Notes: generated by a model from the letters alone, not told the origin. A stretch of 64,000 nucleotides of DNA from an uncultured cyanobacterium (GCA_963703315.1 OY969811.1:1632001-1696000), one strand, 5' to 3'; positions 9,355-20,520 are shown, counted from the stretch's first letter. Made by a program: numbers and translations.

Positions 9355-9908
9355 TTACTCTGTTTTAATTGCTATATATTCTTGTTCTGTTAGTTCAAAT
9401 TCTGGGTCGATGACAGAGGCAATCGCAGGTTCCGCAATTTGTTTATAAAAGAAATCTGTCTTCTTGCCACTCAGCCGCCCATCTTCAAAATCCTTAAACT
9501 TCTTAACTAAAGCCTTATCGCTAAAAAACAACTCCTCAAATATCTTCGCATCAAAAATAAACCACTCATAAATATTGGTCACCACCAAATGCTTAACCCC
9601 AATATTTCCATGCTTCTCCTTTTCACGCAAAAAATATAAAACCAACTGCTGCAACGCCTTAGCATTGAGATTGTCAACTTTCGGCATTTCCGCGCTATTA
9701 GTTTTAGATAGCGATCGCCGTAATAGGTCTTTTTGAGAAACTCAATCAGCAAATTTTTATTAAATTCTTCATCCTTTTTGCTGTCACAAAGCTCAAGCAT
9801 CCGCCCCAAATTAGCCTTAAACCCCTGAATATTCTCAGCATCAGGTTTGATTTTTAAGTCAGTCCTGTTTAACGCTTGCTTAGGTTCGAGCTTATTGACG
9901 ATCATCAA
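9355..9908 (-). pseudogene. Type IIG restriction-modification gene remnant (N-terminus joined to last codons = tail R1, 9355-9411)
   Basis: EEFNKNLLIEFLKKTYY and NAKALQQLVLYFLRE...VTNIYEWFIFDA match the N-terminus of Eco57I-like fused RM enzymes; a frameshifting deletion next to HIP1 at ~9711, then a jump to IDPEFELTEQEYIAIKTE*. Confidence 0.75.
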
Positions 9909-10206
9909 ACTTTATATTTAGCGAAATTATTGGCTAGTCCCATTATGCCTAATTTTGCAACCAGCGATCGCCCCCAATTGGTTGGTAAATCTACTCGCGC
10001 CCATTTACAATGCGATCGCCACACTCATAAACCTATCAACAAGCAAGCGGCGATCGCTTATTGGCATTGTTTCGACATTCTGAAGAAATTTTTTGCGTTA
10101 ATTCAACTGAATAACAAAGAAACTAGATTCGTGCAAAGTTATACAGAATAAAACTTTGGTGCGTTGTAACGTCAATTTTATAGAACTAGACACAAGAGTG
10201 ATATTT

Positions 10207-11244
10207 ATGGTAGCAACCAAAGAAGTCTCTTTGCCGCGCAATTGTACGTTCAGCGCAACTGACTGGCAAGCGCTTGCACCCTTCTGGTATCCCGTTGCAT
10301 TCTCCCATGAAATCACAGCCGAGAAGCCCTATGGCACGCATCTCTTAGACGAGAGATTGGTGATTTACCGAGTTTCCGATGGTACGATTATCGTTGCCAA
10401 AGATCTATGCTTGCATCGTGGCGCACCCCTGAGTTTAGGTTGGATTGAAAACGATCGCCTCGTTTGTCCTTACCACGGAGTGCAGTACGACTGCGATGCT
10501 AAATGTGTTCACATTCCCGCTCAGCCCGAAGCCACAATTCCATCAAGACTGAAGCTCAAAACCTATCCAGTGATGGAACGCTATGGATTAGTCTGGACAA
10601 GATTGATAGACAATGGTGCAGTTCCATTTCCTGAATTGGCTGAATGGGAAGACCCAGATTATATTCAGGTGTTACCCAATTCTGTAGATTTGAATGCGGC
10701 AGCAGGTCGGCAAGTGGAAGGATTCTTAGATGTCAGTCACTTTGCTTTTATTCATGCTAAATCTTTTGGAGAGCAGGATAATCCTGAAGTTCCAGATTAT
10801 ACCATTGAGCAAACTACCTCTGGATTCAGAGCCGACTATATCAGTACTGTTAGTAACTATGCTCATGGTATGAAGCATTTAGCTCCACCCGATTTTTTGT
10901 GGAGAAGGCTATTTGAGTTGTTTGTTCCATTTACTGCCAAGTTGACTGTTTTCTTCCCTCATGGCAAACTGCACGTTCTCAACGCCGCTTCGCCGATGTC
11001 GGCACGGAAAACGCGATTGTTTGTACCGATTTGTCGAAACTTTGATAAAGATGCGCCTCTACAAGACACGCTCGATTTTAATGATCAGGTATTTTATGAA
11101 GACAAGGCGATCGTTGAGGAGCAATGGCCAGAGGATTTACCTATATGTCTCGCTGACGAGGTACATATTGCTGGAGATAAAAGCTCGATCACTTTCCGTA
11201 AAAAGCTGGCAGCGATCGGCTTAGGCAAATCTTTCACTTCGTGA
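10207..11244 (+). CDS. Rieske non-heme iron oxygenase (VanA-like demethylase alpha subunit)
   Basis: CLHRG...CPYHG Rieske motif; DVSHFAFIH mononuclear iron motif. Confidence 0.9.
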   Translation: MVATKEVSLPRNCTFSATDWQALAPFWYPVAFSHEITAEKPYGTHLLDERLVIYRVSDGTIIVAKDLCLHRGAPLSLGWIENDRLVCPYHGVQYDCDAKCVHIPAQPEATIPSRLKLKTYPVMERYGLVWTRLIDNGAVPFPELAEWEDPDYIQVLPNSVDLNAAAGRQVEGFLDVSHFAFIHAKSFGEQDNPEVPDYTIEQTTSGFRADYISTVSNYAHGMKHLAPPDFLWRRLFELFVPFTAKLTVFFPHGKLHVLNAASPMSARKTRLFVPICRNFDKDAPLQDTLDFNDQVFYEDKAIVEEQWPEDLPICLADEVHIAGDKSSITFRKKLAAIGLGKSFTS

Positions 11245-11247
11245 TTA

Positions 11248-11350
11248 ATACCAATTCACGAAAGTGTAACAACACTTTCGTGAATTAAAAATCAAACCCA
11301 GTAAGGGTTTTTAAATCTAAAAATAGCGTAGCCATTTTTAGATTTGGTAT
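11248..11350. repeat. MITE-like composite palindrome
   Basis: Outer ATACCAA...TTGGTAT enclosing two internal hairpins. Confidence 0.5.
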
Positions 11351-11357
11351 ATACGCA

Positions 11358-11975
11358 TTATTTACCTGAATAAGGTAATGAGGAGTGGTGAACAATAATG
11401 CGTAGCTTACCAGTATCGTCCTTAAAGAACTGCCAAGTCTTGTCTACGGTGATCACATTGCCATCTTTATCGGTAAGGGTCACTTTACCCATAGAAGTAG
11501 CCGTATCGCCAGAAATAAAGATTCCAATATTCTTACTCTCTACTTTTCGCCAACCATTCAAAGCAAAACCCTTATCTTTTGGAAATGCAGGATCATCCCC
11601 GACAAAATAAGCCAAAGCGCTTGCACTGGTAGTTCGGAATGTCTGGGGAGCTGTAGTGAGTGTTGGCTTGAAAAGAACAAGTCCAAATTGGTAACCATAG
11701 GCTTCGTCAATTACCTTTCTAGCTAATGCTTTAGCAGCATTTTTCCCCTCTTTATCATATGTCGTGGAAATAGCTACCAATGCGTCTCCCCAAGCTTTTT
11801 GGGCTGCTAAAACCTCGCTTTCAGTAATTGCTCTGTTGACAATAGTTGTCTTCAGACTTGAAGGAGCAGTTGTGCTACTAGATTGGGCAACAGATGTCTG
11901 GGCTACTAATAGAGTCCCAGAGGCAAATGTAACTGAAGCAAACAATGCTGAAATGCTAGTCTTCCAAAACTTCAT
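11358..11975 (-). CDS. Secreted COG4337-type protein, iota-class carbonic anhydrase candidate
   Basis: Signal peptide; EVLAAQKAWG, VLFKPT, DKGFAL and C-terminal HHSSLPY. Confidence 0.75.
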   Translation of the reverse strand: MKFWKTSISALFASVTFASGTLLVAQTSVAQSSSTTAPSSLKTTIVNRAITESEVLAAQKAWGDALVAISTTYDKEGKNAAKALARKVIDEAYGYQFGLVLFKPTLTTAPQTFRTTSASALAYFVGDDPAFPKDKGFALNGWRKVESKNIGIFISGDTATSMGKVTLTDKDGNVITVDKTWQFFKDDTGKLRIIVHHSSLPYSGK

Positions 11976-12111
11976 GATTGTTATAAGTTGCAAATATTAT
12001 CTAAATAATATTCTCATAAGTTTTGTACTTATAAACAGTAAAAGATTATTGATTCACAATTCATTTTGCCTTAGCAATATTGCCCGTAATACCAATTCAT
12101 AAGAATATTAC

Positions 12112-13140
12112 TTATACCCGTAAATTTTGAGGATTAATTCCCGATTTGATAGCGACTAAAACCCCGATCGCTTCCCAATAATTTTCAACTTGAATCCCCT
12201 TTAAACCCAACATTTCAGGTGTGACATTCAGGGCAGTTTGATTTTCCTTAACAAAAATAGTTTGCACATGAGGCAGTGGATTAAGCGCTAGCAAACCTGC
12301 ACCACCACAAGCACTATAAGGTGTAACGATCGCATTGATATCATCAGCAGTAATATCTTCGGGCTTAAGTAAATTGCGATGGGCAATAATTTTTGGAGCG
12401 CGACTTAACCCAACTAATACACAGGGCAAGAATGTATAGCCTAATTCTTCCGCCGCCGCACGGGGCGACACGCTCGGATCGAGGGGCAACGGTTGCAAAG
12501 CAGGAGCATGGGCGCAAGGTATGGCAAATTCGCGGACGATCGCATGACTAATTACGGCTTCGGCTCCTGCGAGAGCATCAACGCCTTTACCTTGACGATA
12601 GTTTTGCAAAGCTTCACTATCAGGATCATCAGGAAATCTAGCGACAACCGCGATCGCTTCTACTTGAGAAACTTTAATTAACTTCTCGGCGGCTCTCAGT
12701 AAACTATCGAGATTAGCGATCGTTCCCCATGTTGCCCCTGATTCACCAGATCGCAGTTCTACGCCCAGATCGTGATCGGTAACTAAAACATCAGTAATGT
12801 TTAATCCCAATGTCGCTTGTGCTGCGGCGATCGCTTGACGGTGACGCAGTTCTAAATCTGGTTCCATGCCGCGATCGAGAATTACGCCAATGCGATTAGA
12901 GCGCACAGGACGCAATCCCCAATCACCGTTTGCCATGCGATCAATTGCATAACCCTCTGTATATAAAACATTCGGCATCGACCAGTATAAACTCGCGCCA
13001 TTTAAAACATTGGGATGGGTAATTACATGATCAGCCATTGAGGCGATCGCTCTCGCCACTGGCAAGGCATCCCCCGCATAGCCACCAATAGATGCATTAA
13101 TGCCCGTCGGCACAAGTAGCAATACATTGAAATTTGGCAT
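12112..13140 (-). CDS. DUF3326 family protein
   Basis: PTGINASIGGYAGDALP, HPNVLNGA, CAHAPAL motifs. Confidence 0.85.
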   Translation of the reverse strand: MPNFNVLLLVPTGINASIGGYAGDALPVARAIASMADHVITHPNVLNGASLYWSMPNVLYTEGYAIDRMANGDWGLRPVRSNRIGVILDRGMEPDLELRHRQAIAAAQATLGLNITDVLVTDHDLGVELRSGESGATWGTIANLDSLLRAAEKLIKVSQVEAIAVVARFPDDPDSEALQNYRQGKGVDALAGAEAVISHAIVREFAIPCAHAPALQPLPLDPSVSPRAAAEELGYTFLPCVLVGLSRAPKIIAHRNLLKPEDITADDINAIVTPYSACGGAGLLALNPLPHVQTIFVKENQTALNVTPEMLGLKGIQVENYWEAIGVLVAIKSGINPQNLRV

Positions 13141-13281
13141 AAAGGTTTTGCGATTTAATAAAGAGCCAGATTTTCTGGGGTACGGCTTCGCTATGCCACA
13201 AAAATCTGGCTCTTTATTTTACTGCGCGTCCCTAAGTTTCTAAATTTATTTCTTTAGAGGGACGCATTTTTGTTAGACTAG

Positions 13282-14379
<1,098 letters not shown>

Positions 14380-14402
14380 ATTTTCTTGGGCTTTTTCATC
14401 CT

Positions 14403-14457
14403 AAAAACCAAGAAGAGAGTTGCGGCGCTTCGCGCCGCAACTCTCTTCTTGGTTTTT
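14403..14457. repeat. Perfect intergenic palindrome (REP-like/terminator), arm shared with 35918-35960
   Basis: aaaaaccaagaagagagttgcggcgc-ttc-gcgccgcaactctcttcttggttttt. Confidence 0.8.
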
Positions 14458-14526
14458 GTGTACTAAGCAAGGGGCTTAAGCCCCTTGCCTTAAAAAAAGA
14501 GAGCGTGCTTTGCACGCTCTCTTTTT

Positions 14527-16356
14527 TTAGTTTTGAACTGGTGCAGGAATTGGGGGGTTATTCGGGGAGTTGGGTTGTTTCTTGATTTGCATATAAGCTT
14601 CTACAGTTTGGACGGCTAATGGTGCAGCGATCGCGCTACCACCACCACCACCTGCATTTTCAGCAAACACCGTAACGACAATTTCAGGCTTTTCGTAGGG
14701 CGCATAAACCGTGAACCAAGCATGGTTTGGACGTGGCGGATCTTGGGCAGTTCCAGACTTACCTGCCATGACAGTTTCTGCGGAATTTAACGATGCTGCT
14801 GTTCCAAAATCAAATACAGATCTTAAAGCCTTCTGTACAGCCTCTAAGTTGGCTGGAGATATATTCAGAGACTGCCGCCATTCCCTTGCATCGTTATCTT
14901 CTAGAAGCAAATGCGGTTTAATTTTAAAGCCACCATTAGCTACAGCAGCAGTCATCATTGAGACTTGGACAAGATTGGCTTGCACATCACCCTGTCCAAT
15001 CGACATATTCAAGGTATTCCCAACATACCAAGGCTCGCCAACTACTTTCTGTTTCCATTCTGGATCAGGAACCGTACCTTTAGTTTCTTCCTCTTTAATT
15101 TCGATGCCCGAATACTCACCATAGCCATATTTGCGTGACCATGCAGCAAGATCCTTTTCGCCCACACGCATACCTACTTGCCCGAAGAAAGTATTACTGC
15201 TGTATGCCATCGCCTCAGAAAATCCAATCGTGCCAAATCCCGCTTTGTTGTGATCCCAAAATTGAAAACCTCCCACATCAAGATAGGGGTAGGTAGCAAG
15301 GACATCATTAATGCCAAATTTTTTGGTTTCTAAACCTGCGGTCATGGTGACAACCTTAAAGGTACTAGCGGGTGGATATACCTGTAAGACCCGATTAACA
15401 AAAGGATGGTCTTTTTCTTGCAAGCGTTTCCATGTTGCCTCAGAAATCTTGCCCGAAAAAAGGTTGGGATCAAAGGCAGGATGGCTAACCATAGCAAGGA
15501 TTTCGCCATTATTAGGATTCATCGCGATAATCCCGCCCTGCTGATCACTTAAAATCTTTTCAACAGCTTTTTCTAGATCTAGGTCAATCGTCATTTTGAC
15601 AGCATTGCCTGCTTTAGGGGGCTTTTGACCTAAAACTCGCAGCACCTTACCAAAAGCATCGACTTCTACCTGCTGTCCCCCCCATTCTCCACGAAGCTGA
15701 TTTTCAAAGGCATATTCTACCCCTGCCTTGCCAATCACATCTCCAGGGCGATAGCCTTTCTCGCGTAATTTGGGTAAATCTTCAGCAGTTAGCTCCCCTG
15801 TATAGCCCAGTACATGAGCAGCAACATCACCATTGGGATAATAGCGCACCGCTTCTGGCTCAACCTTGACTCCAGGTAGTTCCAGACTATGCTCGGAGAG
15901 AATTGTTACTAGTTTGGGACTAATCGCTGTTGATACTCGTACTAAGTTAGGGGAGTTATAGCCTTCCTGTTCTAGTTTATCGGTGATCGTTTGTGCGGAA
16001 ACACCAATTAATCCAGCTAAACGATTAATGATTGGCTCCCATTTTTCCTTTGGTTGGGCGATCGGCCATAGGTAAACCACATGGGCTAATCGGCTAGAGG
16101 CAAGAATATTACCTTTACGATCAAATAACCGACCTCTCTCAGGAGGCTTAGCAATTAGTCTGATTCGATTATTTTCGGCAAGTTGTTGATTGCGATCGCC
16201 TTCGATCAGTTGTAAATAAAATAATCTTCCGCCTAAAATCCCAATTAATACCAATACGCCCAACAAAAATAAAATCGCCGCACGCATCCCTTTACCCATC
16301 GTGCGCGTGTTTTCAGTCGGATTGAAAGGTGAAATTTGTCGTTGCGTAAAAGTCAT
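14527..16356 (-). CDS. mrdA: Penicillin-binding protein 2
   Basis: N-terminal TM helix; STFK, SSN and KSGT motifs. Confidence 0.92.
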   Translation of the reverse strand: MTFTQRQISPFNPTENTRTMGKGMRAAILFLLGVLVLIGILGGRLFYLQLIEGDRNQQLAENNRIRLIAKPPERGRLFDRKGNILASSRLAHVVYLWPIAQPKEKWEPIINRLAGLIGVSAQTITDKLEQEGYNSPNLVRVSTAISPKLVTILSEHSLELPGVKVEPEAVRYYPNGDVAAHVLGYTGELTAEDLPKLREKGYRPGDVIGKAGVEYAFENQLRGEWGGQQVEVDAFGKVLRVLGQKPPKAGNAVKMTIDLDLEKAVEKILSDQQGGIIAMNPNNGEILAMVSHPAFDPNLFSGKISEATWKRLQEKDHPFVNRVLQVYPPASTFKVVTMTAGLETKKFGINDVLATYPYLDVGGFQFWDHNKAGFGTIGFSEAMAYSSNTFFGQVGMRVGEKDLAAWSRKYGYGEYSGIEIKEEETKGTVPDPEWKQKVVGEPWYVGNTLNMSIGQGDVQANLVQVSMMTAAVANGGFKIKPHLLLEDNDAREWRQSLNISPANLEAVQKALRSVFDFGTAASLNSAETVMAGKSGTAQDPPRPNHAWFTVYAPYEKPEIVVTVFAENAGGGGGSAIAAPLAVQTVEAYMQIKKQPNSPNNPPIPAPVQN

Positions 16357-16539
16357 ACTGCTTAAGAAAGATTTTAGGAAAGATTTTTTCGCTAGAATAG
16401 TTATAGATAAATCTATTGTATGGCGATCGTGAATTTAATTAATTCCATTGCGTGTTTGGTAAATGGTTTTACTTGTAGTTTTACTTTTTATCACCCAGCA
16501 ATGCAGGCTATAGCAGTTAATCAGAGGAGTTAAAAGGAC

Positions 16540-16977
16540 GTGATTGTGACACCTGTTCGTCCTGTAGGACGTAAGTGGAGTAATCTTAGTTTTACTTCAA
16601 CTCTCTATCTTGCCCCAGTCCTAGACCTGTTGCTAGACGAAGTGCCGTCAGAGTGGCAACCAGAGATACGATTGGGTTTGCAAGAAGCGTTAGTTAATGC
16701 CGTAAAACATGGTAATTCCCTCGATCCATGTAAGCAAATCACTGTTAAATTCTCGATAGTTTCGCAAATGTACTGGTGGGTGATCACCGATCAAGGGAGT
16801 GATCTGCAATCTTCTGGTGGTTCAAAAGACGATCCTACACCTTGTCATGATCTAGAATGCGGCAGGGGATTTTATATATTACGCAAGATTTTTGACAATG
16901 TGCATTGGGATAGCACCACCCATCGTTTGACTTTGTGCAAACGTATTGAGCGATTTAGCAAACCAATGATTTTTTAG
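16540..16977 (+). CDS. pmgA: RsbW-like anti-sigma factor/ATP-binding protein (PmgA-like)
   Basis: RLGLQEALVNAVKHGN, DQG and GRG HATPase motifs; cyanobacterial PmgA-type N-terminus. Confidence 0.7.
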   Translation: MIVTPVRPVGRKWSNLSFTSTLYLAPVLDLLLDEVPSEWQPEIRLGLQEALVNAVKHGNSLDPCKQITVKFSIVSQMYWWVITDQGSDLQSSGGSKDDPTPCHDLECGRGFYILRKIFDNVHWDSTTHRLTLCKRIERFSKPMIF

Positions 16978-17039
16978 GCTTAATTAATTGACAGAAACGA
17001 CCGCGACAGCAGGACTAGCTCACTTGGCAACATCACTAT

Positions 17040-17816
17040 TCATCGTTTCATGCTCTTCGGCATAATATCGATAGTTGTCACCGTATAGGGTTGACCATTC
17101 AAACACCTACGCATTTCTCCACTTGCTGCCAGACCACTATGCCAATTGATCTTCGCGACGGATTTACCAGCCATCTCCACTTTAAAAACCTGAACATTTT
17201 TCATGTTAGACAAAGCCGCATCTATAGTCGGAACCGCAAAAACAATCGCCCCAAATGGCATATTAGGAGGCGAGTAATTGAATGCTTGCGTTGTTACAGC
17301 AGGTTCATCGTCTTGAGTAAGGGTGACTTTTACCACTTCCATCTTGTCAGGCTTGGGAATATCTGCTGACATAAATGTGAGCAACGCCCCTTTATAGTCG
17401 CCACCAGGTCCTGACAAAGTGAGCATCACCCCATTTCTTGAGAAGAAAGCACTACAAAACTCGCCCGATTTTTGACCTTGAGGAGTTGGGAATAGTCGCC
17501 AATGCCCCGATAGATACAGAATATACTCAGGATTATTGAGCAGTTCTATTTGCTGTTGCACAATCGATGTGGCTGAGAGAAGGCTTGCCTCTAGTCTCAG
17601 GGCATCTCGGTCAACATAGCCTTCACCCAAAAGTTTACTAGGTCTAGCCCTAATCTCCTCAACTTTCTGGGCATCGCCCCTCCAACTTTGCCACGTATTG
17701 TAAGCTTGACCAAAAAGAACATCCATTGACTGAGCATTAACTGATTTAGCCCCAGATAGTGCGATCGCTACTGTCACACCACACAATAAAAAATGGCTCA
17801 AGTTAATTCTCTGCAT
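17040..17816 (-). CDS. Hypothetical exported protein
   Basis: 258-aa ORF with signal-peptide-like N-terminus. Confidence 0.7.
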   Translation of the reverse strand: MQRINLSHFLLCGVTVAIALSGAKSVNAQSMDVLFGQAYNTWQSWRGDAQKVEEIRARPSKLLGEGYVDRDALRLEASLLSATSIVQQQIELLNNPEYILYLSGHWRLFPTPQGQKSGEFCSAFFSRNGVMLTLSGPGGDYKGALLTFMSADIPKPDKMEVVKVTLTQDDEPAVTTQAFNYSPPNMPFGAIVFAVPTIDAALSNMKNVQVFKVEMAGKSVAKINWHSGLAASGEMRRCLNGQPYTVTTIDIMPKSMKR

Positions 17817-17939
17817 TTAAAACCTCACAACCTCAAAATATCTGTTTAGTTTACGTTTTCAACCTACACCTCTGACTTTTATCATAAAAGTTATGTTCCT
17901 GAATAATTTTTGTGATAATTATCGAACTTACGTTGGATG

Positions 17940-17996
17940 AGGACATAAAACTAGAAGGCGAGTTGCAGCGCAACTCGCCTTCTAGTTTTATGTCCT
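17940..17996. repeat. Long intergenic palindrome
   Basis: aggacataaaactagaaggcgagttgc-agc-gcaactcgccttctagttttatgtcct. Confidence 0.8.
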
Positions 17997-18199
17997 AACA
18001 AGAATGGCGACTGCTATAATAACTGTCTTTAAAGTTGGAATCATCTCCTCTCTTTCATGCTTCAAGGGCTTGAGCTACAATTCCCTCCCAATTCTTCATA
18101 ATGCGAATTGCTGGAGACAAAACTGCATATTTGACATAAAGTTTAAAATAAGGTTATGAGAATCTTAATAACTATCTTTGCTAAGGCGAAATTAAACGT

Positions 18200-20473
18200 A
18201 TGACTCCGATGACATTATTAGCTGAAGCTCCAGTAGAACGTCTAGGTCAGTCGCTAGATTATGAACAAGCACGAAAATGTGATGTAGTAGTAGATGCGTG
18301 GATACCTGACTGGTTAAGAAGTAGTTGGGAAAAGTCACAGAGGGGAGAAAATTTAGATGACGAAGATGTAGTTTGTCGGGCTTTAGATTTTGCCTACCGA
18401 TTGCATGATGGGCAATGTCGAGCATCGGGGGAACCTTACATACTACATCCGATCGCGGTGGCGGCAATTTTGAAAGATTTAGGTGGCAGTAATGCGATGA
18501 TTGCCGCAGGATTTTTACACGATATTGTCGAAGATACGGAGGTGTCTTGCGATCAAATTGAAGAAATGTTTGGGAAAGAAGTGCGTCAACTGGTGGAAGG
18601 GGTCACCAAGTTATCGAAACTGAGTTTTGAGAGTAAAACTGAAAGCCAAGCCGAAAATTTTCGGCGGATGTTTCTGGCGATGGCACAGGACATTCGCGTG
18701 ATTATCGTCAAGCTTGCCGATCGCTTGCACAATATGCGAACGCTGCAACATTTACGACCAGAGAAACAAGTTCTAATTTCCAGAGAAACAAGAGAGATTT
18801 TTGCACCTTTAGCAAACCGTTTGGGTTTAGGGCAGATTAAATGGGAACTGGAAGATATTGCTTTTAAATATATTGAACCAGAGCAGTATCAAATGATGGA
18901 GTCTCTCGTAGCTGAGACCCATGAAAGTCGCCACGAACAATTGACGGAAGTGACGCGGGTGTTAGCCGATCGCCTAGAGTCGATGGGTATTGAAGACTTT
19001 GATATTAGCGGTCGTCCAAAGCATTTGTATGGCATTTATCGCAAGATGGAACGCCAGAAGAAACAGTATAACGAGATTTACGATATTCAAGCCGTTAGAG
19101 TCATCGTCAATAGTAAAGAAGAATGTTATCGAGTTCTGGCAGTTGTTCATGATCATTTCTGTCCGATCCCTGGACGCTTTAAAGATTACATCGGCTTACC
19201 GAAACCTAATCGCTATCAGTCCTTACATACGGCGGTAATTGGTCCCAAGGGTCAACCTGTGGAGGTGCAAATTCGCACATGGGAAATGCATCACATTGCC
19301 GATTATGGGATTGCGGCTCACTGGAAATATAAAGAGAGTAACTCCGTTAGTAAGCCACTGAAGGGGGATGATCAAAAGTTTACTTGGTTGCGTCAGTTGG
19401 TGGAATGGCAGCGTGAACTGAAAGATCCTCAAGAATATCTTGATAGCGTTAAAGAGGATTTATTTGATAGTGAAGTTTATGTATTTAGTCCTAAAGGAGA
19501 TGTGTACTGCTTACCACGCGGCGCAACCCCTGTAGACTTTGCCTATCGTGTGCATACTGAAGTTGGCAATCACTGCTCAGGAGCATTGGTCAATAATGTG
19601 ATGGTTCCTTTGCAGCGTCCCCTGAAACATGGTGATATTGTCACGATCCTGACTCAAAATAATGCTCATCCAAGTACTGACTGGATTAACTTTGTTGCTA
19701 CCAATTCGGCAAAAGCAAGGATTCGGCAATGGTTTAAGCGATCGCGCCGTGATGAGAATCTCGCCCTCGGTCGCAGCGCTCTAGAGCGTGAACTGGGTAA
19801 AAGTGGCTTAGAAGCATTGCTCAAGTCTGATCAGATGCTGAAGCTGGCGGAGAAATGTAATTACCATAATGTTGAGGATCTGATTGCAGGCATTGGTTAT
19901 GGCGAAACTTCGGTTAACGCCGTTGTCAATAAGCTGCGAGAACATCAGCATAGTGAGCGTTATTTCAATCCTCAGAAGTATGAAGCCCGCCATGAACCTA
20001 ATCACAACCATAATTCTAAATCACCAATTTTGGGTCTAGAGGGAATGGTTTACTCGATCGCAGGTTGTTGCGCTCCTCTTCCAGGAGAACCGATTACGGG
20101 AGTTGTCGCGTTAGGAAGTAATCGTGGCATCACCATCCATCGTAATGATTGCAGTAATTTAGCGAGTATTCCTAGCGATCGCCTGCTCCATGTGGCTTGG
20201 AATCAACACAAAGAAAACGATCATGTCCAAACCTATCCCATCGATATTCGGGTGGAAACCATTGATCGAGTTGGTGTTTTGCGAGATATCTTGACCCGTC
20301 TCTCCGACAACAAGGTAAATGTGCGCCGCGCTAATGTCCAGACCAAAAAAGGTAAAGCCGCCATTATTGATTTAAGTATAGATATCAGCGATCGCAACCA
20401 ATTTGAGCGCGTTTGTAATCAAATCAAGAAAATGTGTGACACCCTCTCTGTAAGTCGAGTTGTGGCGGAATAA
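18200..20473 (+). CDS. relA: Bifunctional (p)ppGpp synthetase/hydrolase (Rel/SpoT)
   Basis: HD hydrolase (LHDIVED), synthetase (GRPKH, YQSLHT, EVQIRT), TGS and ACT domains. Confidence 0.95.
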   Translation: MTPMTLLAEAPVERLGQSLDYEQARKCDVVVDAWIPDWLRSSWEKSQRGENLDDEDVVCRALDFAYRLHDGQCRASGEPYILHPIAVAAILKDLGGSNAMIAAGFLHDIVEDTEVSCDQIEEMFGKEVRQLVEGVTKLSKLSFESKTESQAENFRRMFLAMAQDIRVIIVKLADRLHNMRTLQHLRPEKQVLISRETREIFAPLANRLGLGQIKWELEDIAFKYIEPEQYQMMESLVAETHESRHEQLTEVTRVLADRLESMGIEDFDISGRPKHLYGIYRKMERQKKQYNEIYDIQAVRVIVNSKEECYRVLAVVHDHFCPIPGRFKDYIGLPKPNRYQSLHTAVIGPKGQPVEVQIRTWEMHHIADYGIAAHWKYKESNSVSKPLKGDDQKFTWLRQLVEWQRELKDPQEYLDSVKEDLFDSEVYVFSPKGDVYCLPRGATPVDFAYRVHTEVGNHCSGALVNNVMVPLQRPLKHGDIVTILTQNNAHPSTDWINFVATNSAKARIRQWFKRSRRDENLALGRSALERELGKSGLEALLKSDQMLKLAEKCNYHNVEDLIAGIGYGETSVNAVVNKLREHQHSERYFNPQKYEARHEPNHNHNSKSPILGLEGMVYSIAGCCAPLPGEPITGVVALGSNRGITIHRNDCSNLASIPSDRLLHVAWNQHKENDHVQTYPIDIRVETIDRVGVLRDILTRLSDNKVNVRRANVQTKKGKAAIIDLSIDISDRNQFERVCNQIKKMCDTLSVSRVVAE

Positions 20474-20520
20474 GCATAAATTTTCGTTTTCTCAAACATT
20501 TCATGGAAGTAGCAAAAATC

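Noticed and set aside
5322..9411. Repeats as a CRISPR array or integron attC sites
   Set aside because: Units are 57-170 bp, protein-coding in origin, separated by whole genes and lack attC palindromic ends; no cas or intI gene is in the window.
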